DNA of 32,931 nucleotides from an uncultured Clostridia bacterium (GTDB taxonomy: Bacteria; Bacillota; Clostridia; TANB77; CAG-508). The position numbers and the translations under genes are program-made. Below, piece after piece: positions 17,457 to 26,830 of the stretch (its first letter is position 1; each line of letters begins with the position of its first letter). The stretch spans positions 1 to 32,931 of the forward strand of contig CAKPLV010000001.1 in the NCBI GenBank assembly GCA_934167735.1, written 5' to 3'. The notes under the pieces were generated by a model. The model was not told the DNA's origin. It was given only the letters and a program-made list of their open reading frames with translations, and made no database searches.

Positions 17457-17510
17457 ATTTTCCCATCTTTCTTTTTTAGATTTAGATTTTATGGATTTAT
17501 CTATAAACCA

Positions 17511-17864
17511 TTATTTCTTTAAATTCATTACTATTACTCCTGCGATTACCATTAATGCACCACCAACAGTATATGCAGAAAATTGTTCTTTTAAAAATAT
17601 AATTGATGCAATTACTATACATGTTTGAGCTATACCATTACAAATTGGTGATATATAACTTACATTATCAAACATCATAACTATTCTTGTAAATAACAAA
17701 AAGCTAATTATGTAACAAACAAATCCTAATGCACTAACTAAGCTCATACTAAAACCAAATTCGCCTGAGCCAAATGTTATTTTCCCTGCATTTCCACCTT
17801 TTTTCATTAATATTAATCCTGCTGAAGTTAATATTACATATACTACTATTAATAAAATTCTCAT
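17511..17864 (-). CDS. Small 4-TM EamA/SMR-like membrane protein (ArnE/ArnF-like; candidate polyprenyl-phosphate-sugar flippase subunit)
   Basis: The preferred ATG at 17864 has an AAGGAGA RBS 9 nt upstream (MRILLIVVYVILTSAG). The ORF-track start at 17918 would overlap the upstream gene by 8 nt. The C-terminus IIFLKEQFSAYTVGGALMVIAGVIVMN is typical of EamA/SMR helices. Confidence 0.6.
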   Translation of the reverse strand: MRILLIVVYVILTSAGLILMKKGGNAGKITFGSGEFGFSMSLVSALGFVCYIISFLLFTRIVMMFDNVSYISPICNGIAQTCIVIASIIFLKEQFSAYTVGGALMVIAGVIVMNLKK

Positions 17865-17910
17865 TATATCTTTTCTCCTTATCTCCATTTTTATTCCTTT
17901 CTTATGAATT

Positions 17911-18849
17911 TTAATCATTTTCTGTTTCGCTTACAATATATACTGGTCTTTTCTTAACTTCTAAATATGTTTTTGATAAATATTGTCCTATTATTCCCAT
18001 TGAAAATAATTGAATACCACTTACAAAAACAATTATACATACAAGTGATGGCCAACCAGATGTTGGATCACCATATATTAAAGTTCTTACAATAATAAAT
18101 ATTATTGCTAAAAATGCTACTCCACAAAATAATAATCCAAGTAATGATGCAATATATAATGGAACTGTTGAAAATGCAGTAATTCCTTCAAGTGCATATT
18201 TGAATAATTTCCAAAATGACCATTTAGTTTCTCCTGCTACTCTTTGAACATTTTCATATTCAAGCCATTTGGTTTTAAATCCAACAAAACTAAATAATCC
18301 TTTTGAATATCTATTATATTCTTTTAATGAGATGATACTGTTAGCTACTTTTCTTGTCATAAGCCTATAATCTCTTGCTCCATCAACCATTTGAACATCT
18401 GACATTTTGTTTATTATTTTATAAAACATTCTTGCAAAAAAACTTCTGATTGGTGGTTCACCTTTTCTTGAAACTCTTCTAGTTCCAACTTGCTCATAAT
18501 CTTCTGTTACTAATATATCATACATTTTTTTAAGCATTGCAGGTGGATCTTGTAAATCAGCATCCATAAATGTTACATAATCACCTTTTGATGCTTCAAG
18601 TCCTGCAAGTATTGCCGCTTCTTTTCCAAAGTTTCTTGAAAATGAAACATATCTTACTTTATCATCATTTTTTCTAAGTTCTTTTATTTCATCTAATGTT
18701 TTATCTTTTGAACCATCATCTATAAATATGTATTCGAAATCAACTATTCCATTAAAATCTTCTTCTCTAACTCTTTCCATTTCTTTATAGAAAAATGGTA
18801 ATGCTTTTTCCTCATTATAACAAGGAACGATTACAGAAATTTTTTTCAT
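17911..18849 (-). CDS. GT2 polyprenyl-phosphate glycosyltransferase (GtrB/CsbB/ArnC-like) with two C-terminal TM helices
   Basis: 312 aa. ISVIVPCYNEE, IFIDDGSKD, FMDADLQDPP and two C-terminal TMs. The start is 1 nt after the galE stop (TAAAATG). Confidence 0.8.
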   Translation of the reverse strand: MKKISVIVPCYNEEKALPFFYKEMERVREEDFNGIVDFEYIFIDDGSKDKTLDEIKELRKNDDKVRYVSFSRNFGKEAAILAGLEASKGDYVTFMDADLQDPPAMLKKMYDILVTEDYEQVGTRRVSRKGEPPIRSFFARMFYKIINKMSDVQMVDGARDYRLMTRKVANSIISLKEYNRYSKGLFSFVGFKTKWLEYENVQRVAGETKWSFWKLFKYALEGITAFSTVPLYIASLLGLLFCGVAFLAIIFIIVRTLIYGDPTSGWPSLVCIIVFVSGIQLFSMGIIGQYLSKTYLEVKKRPVYIVSETEND

Positions 18850-18850
18850 T

Positions 18851-19864
18851 TTATTGCTCCTTCATTTGGTTCTGAATATATCTCCAAGAATCTTTACACA
18901 TATCTTCTAATGTTTTTGTAGCTGTCCATCCAAGTTCTTCTTTTGCTTTTGTTGGATCAGAATAACATGTTGCTATATCTCCTGCTCTACGTGGTGCAAT
19001 TTTATATTTAACAGTTTTACCTGTTGCTTTTTCAAATGCTTTTACCATGTCTAAAACACTATATCCTACACCTGTTCCTAGATTATATATAAATATGCCT
19101 TTTCCTTCTTTTTCAAGTTTTTCAAGTGCTCTCAAATGTCCTACTGCTAAGTCAACAACATGAATATAATCTCTTACTCCTGTTCCATCTGGAGTATTAT
19201 AATCATTTCCGAATACAGATAATTGTTCTAATTGTCCAGATGCAACTCTTACTATATATGGCATTAAATTATTTGGAATTCCTTGAGGTTCTTCTCCAAT
19301 TATTCCACTTTCATGTGCACCAACTGGATTGAAATATCTTAATATAGCTATGTCCCAACTATTATCTGATTTATATAAATCTTGTAAGATTTGCTCTATA
19401 AATAATTTTGTTGTTCCATACGGATTTGTTGTTCCACCTGTTTTACAATCTTCTGTTATAGGAATTCTTTCTGGATCTCCATAAACTGTTGCAGATGAAC
19501 TGAATATAAATTTCTTTACTCCAAATTTCTTCATTGTTTCTAATAAAACTAATGCTCCAGATATATTATTATCATAATATTCTAATGGCTTTTGAACAGA
19601 TTCTCCAACAGCTTTAAAACCTGCAAAATTTAATACTGCTTCAATTTTGTTTTCTTCAAAAACTTTTTCTAAAGCTTCTCTATCCAAATAGTTTATTTCG
19701 TAAAATTTAAAATCTTTTTTTGTTATTTCTTTTATTTTATCTAAAACTTCTTTTTTGCTATTTGAGAAGTTGTCTATAATAACAACCTCTCTTCCAGCAT
19801 TTAATAATTCTATTACTGTGTGACTTCCTATATATCCAGCTCCACCTGGTACTAATATTGCCAT
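18851..19864 (-). CDS. galE: UDP-glucose 4-epimerase GalE
   Basis: 337 aa. [13 protein letters not shown] and the SSSATVYG...YGTTK (YxxxK) SDR signature. Confidence 0.9.
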   Translation of the reverse strand: MAILVPGGAGYIGSHTVIELLNAGREVVIIDNFSNSKKEVLDKIKEITKKDFKFYEINYLDREALEKVFEENKIEAVLNFAGFKAVGESVQKPLEYYDNNISGALVLLETMKKFGVKKFIFSSSATVYGDPERIPITEDCKTGGTTNPYGTTKLFIEQILQDLYKSDNSWDIAILRYFNPVGAHESGIIGEEPQGIPNNLMPYIVRVASGQLEQLSVFGNDYNTPDGTGVRDYIHVVDLAVGHLRALEKLEKEGKGIFIYNLGTGVGYSVLDMVKAFEKATGKTVKYKIAPRRAGDIATCYSDPTKAKEELGWTATKTLEDMCKDSWRYIQNQMKEQ

Positions 19865-19880
19865 AAGAATTCCTCCTTTA

Positions 19881-22800
19881 TTAATCTCTAAAATATTTTT
19901 TATAACATATATCTATATCAACAAATTCGCTTGGTACTCCTGGTACAGATCCTTTTGATGTATATTGCCAAATTGTATAATCCCCTTTATAACTTGATGG
20001 ATTATTTATTGGATCATCTGTACGAGTATAATGTGCAAGCCAAACATCACAATCTTTTAATTGACTCATATCTATTTGATTTTCTAACCAATCTTTATTT
20101 GCATATAACATGGCTTTTTTACCATCTTGTCTTATTCTTTCAATAAATGCTCTTATTATTGCAGTTCTATCTGCAACTGATAATGAGTCTGCTCTACCTC
20201 CTGATTGTTCAACATCTATTGCTATTGGATATGTTAATTTATCTCCATATCCATAATCATTTACAAGTTTTAACATAAATTCTGCTTCTTCTATGGCTTC
20301 TGGAATTGTAATTGCTTGTGAATATACATATACACCAACTTCAAGTCCATTTGCTAATGCATTTTTTATATTGTTCATATATGTTCTATCTACATTCAAA
20401 CTTCCTGTTCCATAACCTCTAAATGCTGCTCTTATCATTGTAAATTGTATTCCAGATTTTTTTACTTTTCCCCAATCAATTGAGCCATTGTGTACAGATA
20501 CATCTATACCTATATCATATTTATTATATATTACAATTTTTCTGGTTTCAGAATACAATATTTCACCTTCTCTTGAAACAACTTCAAATTTTAAATCTGC
20601 TTTTCCATCTTCAAATTTTGAAATATCTATTTCTGCTTCAAATCCAGGTGTTGGATTTTTTTCTTTTCCACCAAATCCTTTTATTGCATTTATTACATCT
20701 TGTCTTTCTGTTCTAATTAAATCTAAAACATCTTGTTTTTGATTATTTATGTAAAAATTTAATGTTGCTTGCTCATCTGTTGTCATTACCCATCCTGCAA
20801 TATTTAATTTTGCCTTAGATTGTCCCATTATAAGTGGCATATCTATATATGCATCTGCATTATATCTGTTAACATTTATTATTCTTTTATTACTTGCAAT
20901 TATATCACCTGTTCTAGAAACAATATCTACTCTAATTGTATGTTCTCCATCTTTTAAATCTGTTATATCAATAGTATATGAGAACCCTGGTTTTTTATTT
21001 TGTTCTGCTGTTCCAAATCCTTTTATTGCATTTATTACATCTTGTCTTTCTGCTCTTTCTTCTGAAATTGCCTTTGTTTCATTTCCATCTACATAAATTT
21101 TTATTTGTGCTTCTGTGTCATCTGTCATAAGCCAACCATCTACATTAGTTGTTTTTCCTTCTACTTCTTGTAATTTCATTTCTGATGGTGTTTCAACACA
21201 TACATTAGCTTTATATTTTTCTATTATTATATTTCTTTGTTCTGATACAATTATATCTCCGTTTTTTGCTCTAACTTCAACTAATATTACATGTGTACCT
21301 TCACCTATTTTTATTGTATTTAATTCTGCTGAAAATCCTGGTTTTGGGTTTTGAATAGCAGTTCCACATTCTTTTATTCCATTTAAAACATCTTGTCTTT
21401 CATGTCTTTGTATCTCTACTATTTCTTGTTCTTTACCATCTATATAGAATTTTATGTCTGTTTCACTCTCTGTAGTCATTATCCATCCATCAATATTAAT
21501 TATTGGTTTTACAACTCCTAATACTTTAGGATTTTCTATATACATTTGTCCATTATATTTTTGTAAATTTATTGTACTAACTCCTGATGATAATAGCTCT
21601 CCTGTTGCTGATTCAACATTTATTTTTATTATATGTTTTCCATCATTAAATTTTGATAAATCAATATTTAATGAGAATCCTGGTGTTGGATTTTGTTCAA
21701 CATTTCCATAATCTTTTATTGCATTTAGAACATCTTGTCTTTCATGTCTTTGGATTTCTCCAACATTTTGTTCTTTACCATCAACATATATTTTTATTTT
21801 TGATTCAGTATCTGTTGTCATTACCCAACCACCTATAAATAAGTTTGTTCCTAAAATGTTATTTTCTCTAATAGTACTTGGTGTTTCAATACAACTTTGT
21901 GCAACATATTTTTTTAAGTTTATTGCTAATGTGTTTGTAACTAGTATTTCTCCATTTTTAGATTCAACATTTACTTTTATTGTATGTTTTCCATCATTTA
22001 TTTCGGCTAAATCAATTTTTAATGAAAAACCTGGCATTGGATTTTGTTCTGCTGTTCCGAATCCTTTTATTGCATTTATTACATCTTGTCTTTCAAATCT
22101 TTGTGTTTCTGCAATTTTCTGTTCTTTACCATCTATATATACTTTTAGTTCTGAATTAATATCATTAGTCATTAACCAACCATCTATTGAAATCTTATCA
22201 CCTAATATTGTATTTTCAATTCTATTATTTAAAGATTCTACATACATGTCTGCTTTATATCCTATAATATTAATTGTTCGAATATCTGTATCTAGTACAT
22301 CTCCAGCTTGAGATTTTATTTCAGTTTTTATTGTATGTTCTCCACTTTTTAAAGAACTTATATCTAATTTAGCACTATATCCTGGATTAGGATTCTGCTC
22401 AGATGAGCCGAATCCTTTTATTGCATTTATTACGTCTTGTCTTTCATATCTTTGTATTTCTTTTATTTCTTGTTCTTTATTGTCTATTGATATTTTTAAT
22501 TGTGCATTTTTATCATTTGACATATACCATCCATCTATTGTAACTTCATCTCTTGTTGTTACTATATTTTCTATGTATGTTTGTGCATTGTATATGTTTT
22601 TTATATTAATTGTTCTTATGTTATATGTTAATTTTTTTCCTGACTGTGATTCAATTTCTACTTTTAGAATATGTTGACCTAATTTTATTTTAGATGTGTC
22701 TACTTCTGCTGAAAATCCTGGCATTGGATTTTCTTCAATTGTTCCATATCCTTTTATAGCATTTATTACATCTTGTCTTTCATATCTTTCAAGATTAGAA

Positions 22801-23039
22801 ATTTCTTGTTCTATATCATCTATATATATTTTTATGTTTGCTTGAGGATCATTTGACATATACCATCCATTAATTTCTAATTTTTCTGTCGCATCTGTTA
22901 TTCCTATTTCTGATGGATTTTCTATATATGTTTGAGCTATATAATCTTCTTGTTCATTAGCAATTGCCTTTATTGATTTTATATTTATTAAAATCAGCAT
23001 TGCTAATACAACAGTAAAAAGTATTTTAATTTTTTTCAT
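19881..23039 (-). CDS. Secreted GH25 muramidase (lysozyme) preceded by seven ~115-aa tandem repeat domains
   Basis: Preferred ATG at 23039, with AGGAGG 8 nt upstream. The track's first codon is a GTG 2 nt from the RBS. Signal peptide [26 protein letters not shown]-terminal GH25 domain (19884-20516): [31 protein letters not shown]. Confidence 0.85.
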   Translation of the reverse strand: MKKIKILFTVVLAMLILINIKSIKAIANEQEDYIAQTYIENPSEIGITDATEKLEINGWYMSNDPQANIKIYIDDIEQEISNLERYERQDVINAIKGYGTIEENPMPGFSAEVDTSKIKLGQHILKVEIESQSGKKLTYNIRTINIKNIYNAQTYIENIVTTRDEVTIDGWYMSNDKNAQLKISIDNKEQEIKEIQRYERQDVINAIKGFGSSEQNPNPGYSAKLDISSLKSGEHTIKTEIKSQAGDVLDTDIRTINIIGYKADMYVESLNNRIENTILGDKISIDGWLMTNDINSELKVYIDGKEQKIAETQRFERQDVINAIKGFGTAEQNPMPGFSLKIDLAEINDGKHTIKVNVESKNGEILVTNTLAINLKKYVAQSCIETPSTIRENNILGTNLFIGGWVMTTDTESKIKIYVDGKEQNVGEIQRHERQDVLNAIKDYGNVEQNPTPGFSLNIDLSKFNDGKHIIKINVESATGELLSSGVSTINLQKYNGQMYIENPKVLGVVKPIINIDGWIMTTESETDIKFYIDGKEQEIVEIQRHERQDVLNGIKECGTAIQNPKPGFSAELNTIKIGEGTHVILVEVRAKNGDIIVSEQRNIIIEKYKANVCVETPSEMKLQEVEGKTTNVDGWLMTDDTEAQIKIYVDGNETKAISEERAERQDVINAIKGFGTAEQNKKPGFSYTIDITDLKDGEHTIRVDIVSRTGDIIASNKRIINVNRYNADAYIDMPLIMGQSKAKLNIAGWVMTTDEQATLNFYINNQKQDVLDLIRTERQDVINAIKGFGGKEKNPTPGFEAEIDISKFEDGKADLKFEVVSREGEILYSETRKIVIYNKYDIGIDVSVHNGSIDWGKVKKSGIQFTMIRAAFRGYGTGSLNVDRTYMNNIKNALANGLEVGVYVYSQAITIPEAIEEAEFMLKLVNDYGYGDKLTYPIAIDVEQSGGRADSLSVADRTAIIRAFIERIRQDGKKAMLYANKDWLENQIDMSQLKDCDVWLAHYTRTDDPINNPSSYKGDYTIWQYTSKGSVPGVPSEFVDIDICYKKYFRD
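20517..22940 (-). repeat. Seven in-frame tandem protein repeats (112-117 aa each) inside the GH25 gene
   Basis: Each unit reads (A)QxYIE..I.GW.M(S/T).D..IKIY(I/V)DGKEQ...(R)xERQDV(I/L)NAIKG(F/Y)G..EQNPxPGFS..(I/L)D(I/L)S....G.H.IKV.V.S..GE.L. A ~32-nt core is nearly identical at 22750, 22414, 22063, 21019 and 20677. Confidence 0.85.
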
Positions 23040-23071
23040 ATACACAACCTCCTATATTTTTATACAGTTAT

Positions 23072-23080
23072 ATTATAACA
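23072..23080 (-). promoter_or_regulatory. Extended -10 promoter element TGTTATAAT upstream of the GH25 gene
   Basis: Minus-strand TGnTATAAT is a perfect match about 30 nt upstream of the GH25 start. No good -35 was found, which is acceptable for extended -10 promoters. Confidence 0.45.
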
Positions 23081-23127
23081 TAAATTATAATAATTTTCTA
23101 TATAATATTTTGCCTATAAGAGGCTCT

Positions 23128-24234
23128 TTATTTTAGTTCTGTTTTTGTTAAATCAAGTGCGGCTCTAATGACTTTGTCCATATCATAGTATTTATAATTT
23201 CCAAGTCTTCCACCAAAAATAACATTTTTTTCTTGATCTGCCAATTCTTTATATTTTTCAAATAATGTGTTATTTTTTTCATCATTTACAGGATAATATG
23301 CTTCATCACCTTTTTTCCAATCCATTGGATATTCTTTAGTAACTACTGTTCCTTTACATTTATTAAACTCAAAGTGTTTATGTTCAATAATACGTGTGTA
23401 TTTTTCATTATGACTTGTATAATTTACAACAGCATTTCCTTGATAATCATCTATATCTTCATATATTTCATTATCAAATTTTAATGAACGCCATTCAAGA
23501 TTTCCATATTTATAATCAAAATATTCATCTATCATTCCTGTATATAATATTTTGTCTGCTAATTCATTATATTTTTCTTTATTTTTTAAGTAATCTACTC
23601 CTACTTCTACATCTGCATTTTCTAGCATTTTTTCAATTATTATGTTATATCCACCTTCTGGAATTCCTTGATATCTATCATTAAAATAATTATTGTCATA
23701 TATGAATCTTACAGGTAATCTTTTTATTATAAATGCTGGTAATTCTTTGCAATCTCTTCCCCATTGTTTTTCAGTATATTCTTTTACAAGTTTTAAATAA
23801 ATATCTTTTCCTACAAGTGATATTGCTTGTTCTTCAAGATTTTTTGGTTCTTTTATATCATATTCATTTTTTTGTTTTTCTATTATTTCTTTGGCTTGTG
23901 CTGGTGTTGCAATTCCCCATAATTTTGAGAATGTATTCATATTAAATGGAAGATTATATATCTCTCCTTTGTAATTTGCTATTGGTGAATTAATATAATT
24001 GTTAAATTCAACAAATTGATTTACATATTGCCATATTTCTTTGTCACTTGTATGGAATATATGTGCACCATATTTATGAACATTTATACCATTAATTTTT
24101 TCACAATATATATTTCCACCTATGTGATTTCTTCTATCTATTACTAGACATTTCTTTCCTTTTTTATTTGCTTCATATGCAAATGTTGCTCCAAATAATC
24201 CTGCTCCAACTATTAAATAATCATATTTTTTCAT
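23128..24234 (-). CDS. glf: UDP-galactopyranose mutase
   Basis: 368 aa. YDYLIVGAGLFGATFAYE..GKKCLVIDRRNHIGGN (FAD fold) and the typical Glf C-terminal GRLGNYKYYDMD. Confidence 0.92.
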   Translation of the reverse strand: MKKYDYLIVGAGLFGATFAYEANKKGKKCLVIDRRNHIGGNIYCEKINGINVHKYGAHIFHTSDKEIWQYVNQFVEFNNYINSPIANYKGEIYNLPFNMNTFSKLWGIATPAQAKEIIEKQKNEYDIKEPKNLEEQAISLVGKDIYLKLVKEYTEKQWGRDCKELPAFIIKRLPVRFIYDNNYFNDRYQGIPEGGYNIIIEKMLENADVEVGVDYLKNKEKYNELADKILYTGMIDEYFDYKYGNLEWRSLKFDNEIYEDIDDYQGNAVVNYTSHNEKYTRIIEHKHFEFNKCKGTVVTKEYPMDWKKGDEAYYPVNDEKNNTLFEKYKELADQEKNVIFGGRLGNYKYYDMDKVIRAALDLTKTELK

Positions 24235-24249
24235 AACAAACTCTCTCCT

Positions 24250-25161
24250 TTATTCTTCATTTTCCTTTGGCATTGCAAATTCTATTTTTGGATTAAAAAA
24301 TATTCCAGCAAAAAATCCTTTTGTTAATGCACCTATTCTTTTTAGTTTTGCATCTTTTGAGTGAAATAATACTCTAAATATCCACATTATATATATTAAT
24401 GGATATTTTATTACTTCTATTGCTCCAAGTCTTTTACTTATGTAAAATGTATTTCTAAAGTTATAATAACATCTATTTACTCTTTCTTTTGGTATTGTAA
24501 CTATATCTGCTGTAACATTTTCTTTCATTTTGTGTATTACAACACTATCTAGATCTAGGTATCCTTTTTTTACTTTTCCAAGTCTTATTGTATATTCCCA
24601 GTCATCACCATAAATGAAGAATTGTGTTATAGGAAGTCCAACTTTTTTTGCAACTTCAAGATTTATATAACATGAAACAAAAGAACTTCTTTCTATATTG
24701 ATTAATCTATCATCTATTTTTTCGTATTCATCAAGCCAATTTGGATTGATGATTTGAACATTCATCTTACATATACTTTTGTTGTCTTTCCATTTTACTA
24801 AACTTCCTAAAAAAGAAAAGTCATTATTTAATATTTTAGTTTTGTTTACTAATGATTCTAAAGCAGTAGGTGTTGGAATTGTATCATCATCCATTACCCA
24901 ACAATAATCATAGTTTCTTTCTATTGCTTGTCTAATTCCAAAATTAAATCCTCCTGCTCCTCCTAAGTTTGCACCTGTATTCATATATTTTAATTTATCA
25001 CTAACATATTTTTTCACAACTTCTTCTGTTCCATCAGTACTTGCATTATCTATTATTAATATATCTAGATTTTCATAACTTTGATTAAGCAAAGCTTTTA
25101 TATTTTCTTCTAATAGTTCTTTTCTATTATAAGTAACTACAACTGCAACAATTTTATTCAT
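24250..25161 (-). CDS. GT2 glycosyltransferase (rhamnosyl/galactofuranosyl-transferase-like subgroup)
   Basis: 303 aa. VAVVVTYNRKELLEENIKALLNQ, ILIIDNASTDGT, NLGGAGGFNFG, WVMDDDTIP. Overlaps the flippase stop by 8 nt (ATGAATAA). Confidence 0.8.
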   Translation of the reverse strand: MNKIVAVVVTYNRKELLEENIKALLNQSYENLDILIIDNASTDGTEEVVKKYVSDKLKYMNTGANLGGAGGFNFGIRQAIERNYDYCWVMDDDTIPTPTALESLVNKTKILNNDFSFLGSLVKWKDNKSICKMNVQIINPNWLDEYEKIDDRLINIERSSFVSCYINLEVAKKVGLPITQFFIYGDDWEYTIRLGKVKKGYLDLDSVVIHKMKENVTADIVTIPKERVNRCYYNFRNTFYISKRLGAIEVIKYPLIYIMWIFRVLFHSKDAKLKRIGALTKGFFAGIFFNPKIEFAMPKENEE

Positions 25162-26614
25162 TACATTGCCCCTCCTTTTTCTTATTATTTATTATTTCTT
25201 TTATATTTTTTATATTATTCATAATAAATTCATCTTTTAAAATTATAAGCATTGTACCATATATTATAATTCCTATTGCAACTAAAATCATTGTATTTAA
25301 TATTGTTGCTGTTAATTTTGTTGATATCAAATATACTATAATTCCCATTGTGATACTGCTTATCCAATATTTCCAAGAATTTTCTGTTATTTCTTTTACC
25401 TTCATTTCTTTTTTCAAGAAATGTACTTGCACAACAAGTACTAGAAATTCAGAAATTACAGAAGCAATGGCAGCACCAGATGCTTTAAATAGTCTTATTA
25501 AAATTATATTTAAAATCAAGTTACTTATTGCACCTACTGTTACTGAAATTGTATATGCTTCATTTCTTCCAGTTGGAATTAAATATTGCATACCTGTTAC
25601 ATTGCTTAACCCTATAAATATTAATATTGGACTTATTGTTATCATTAGTGGAACAACTTCATCATATCCTGTACCATAAAACCATGGTACAACACTTGAG
25701 GCAACTGCCATTGTTCCAAACATTATAGGTAACCCTATGAGCCAAACAAACTTAAATGATAATTTAATATAATCATTTATTTTTTCTTTTGCCTCATTTG
25801 CATATATATTAGATATTCTTGAAGTCATTACAGTTCCAAATGCTGTAACAACCAATAATAATGTTTTTATTATTTTTTGAGCTTGTTCATAATATCCAAC
25901 TTGCTTCATGTCCCCTAAAATTGCACCAATCATTGTTTTGTCTAATACAACATATATTTGTGTAGCAATTTGTGGAACAAATAATACAATCATAGCTTTT
26001 ATATGTTTTTTTAATTCTATTTTTTCTACTTTTTCTATATATTTGGGCATATAAAACCATAAAGATAGGTTTCCAAGTAGGTTTGAGATTGTATATATTG
26101 CTATATATATTGTTAAGTGTTCTGGTGATTTTACAAATATAAATATTGATATTATACTTATTGTTTTAATAACCAAATTTCTTAATACTGTTTTTTTAAA
26201 TTCTTCCAATCCTTGAAAATACCATGTGATATCAAACATTGTAGAAAACATTTCTATCAAAAGAATTTTATAATATAATGTATTTTCTCCTCTTAGACAA
26301 AATGTCATATAATAAGTAACCATTGATATAGTCAATGTAATTGCTCTTATAATTACAATTTCTAAAAAGACTTTGCTTTGTTTTTTCTTATCATTTTGAA
26401 CATATGCAATTTCTCTTTGTCCATACATTGCAGCTCCAAGTGAACCAAATAATACAAAGTATGTTACTATTGAATATGTATATCCATATGTACCTATTGC
26501 TTCTGCTCCTAGAACTCTTGAAACATATGGTGCAGTAATTAGTGGAGTTACTACTAATAATAACTGATAAATCAAATTATATATGTAATTTTTTGCTATG
26601 CTTTTCTTTTTCAC
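25154..26614 (-). CDS. MOP-superfamily polysaccharide flippase (Wzx-like)
   Basis: 486 aa with about 12-14 TM helices. GTG start with AGGAGA RBS. Typical N-terminus (NLIYQLLLVVTPLITAPYVSRVLGAEAIG). Confidence 0.8.
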   Translation of the reverse strand: MKKKSIAKNYIYNLIYQLLLVVTPLITAPYVSRVLGAEAIGTYGYTYSIVTYFVLFGSLGAAMYGQREIAYVQNDKKKQSKVFLEIVIIRAITLTISMVTYYMTFCLRGENTLYYKILLIEMFSTMFDITWYFQGLEEFKKTVLRNLVIKTISIISIFIFVKSPEHLTIYIAIYTISNLLGNLSLWFYMPKYIEKVEKIELKKHIKAMIVLFVPQIATQIYVVLDKTMIGAILGDMKQVGYYEQAQKIIKTLLLVVTAFGTVMTSRISNIYANEAKEKINDYIKLSFKFVWLIGLPIMFGTMAVASSVVPWFYGTGYDEVVPLMITISPILIFIGLSNVTGMQYLIPTGRNEAYTISVTVGAISNLILNIILIRLFKASGAAIASVISEFLVLVVQVHFLKKEMKVKEITENSWKYWISSITMGIIVYLISTKLTATILNTMILVAIGIIIYGTMLIILKDEFIMNNIKNIKEIINNKKKEGQCNE

Positions 26615-26623
26615 TTTTGTCTC

Positions 26624-26830
26624 CTATCTAACTAATATTTTTTGTATTGTTCTAACAAAACGTTGTGGAAAAACTTTTTGTTCTGTATTATATACAGGCA
26701 TCTCCTTTATTTTTAAATTATTATTTTTTTCTAGCCATACTCTAAATAGTCTTTCAGATAAAAAGCCATATATTCTCTTATCATAGTCTGAATAATTTGT
26801 TATATCAACTCTGTTTTCAAGTTCAAATAA
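26624..26830 (-). other. Same-frame continuation of the DUF4422 domain downstream of the TGA (68 codons, ends at TAG 26626-26624)
   Basis: Translation: LFELENRVDITNYSDYDKRIYGFLSERLFRVWLEKNNNLKIKEMPVYNTEQKVFPQRFVRTIQKILVR. It ends 9 nt before the next gene's GTG. Confidence 0.7.

Noticed and set aside
17865-17918. N-terminal extension of the small EamA-like ORF, overlapping the GtrB-like gene by 8 nt.
   Set aside because: It is possible through translational coupling, but the ATG at 17864 has a much better RBS (AAGGAGA, 9-nt spacing) and starts directly at the first TM. The start is left ambiguous in the feature note.
23101-23127. Hairpin GCCT-cttat-AGGC after glf as a terminator.
   Set aside because: The stem is only 4 bp and no proper U-tract follows. 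It is too weak to call, and read-through from glf into the GH25 gene remains possible alongside the extended -10 promoter.
26598-26786. 62-aa plus-strand ORF in the apparent gap between the GT4-DUF4422 gene and the flippase.
   Set aside because: The gap is better explained by the minus-strand, same-frame continuation of the DUF4422 domain. The plus-strand ORF has no RBS and a low-complexity translation.
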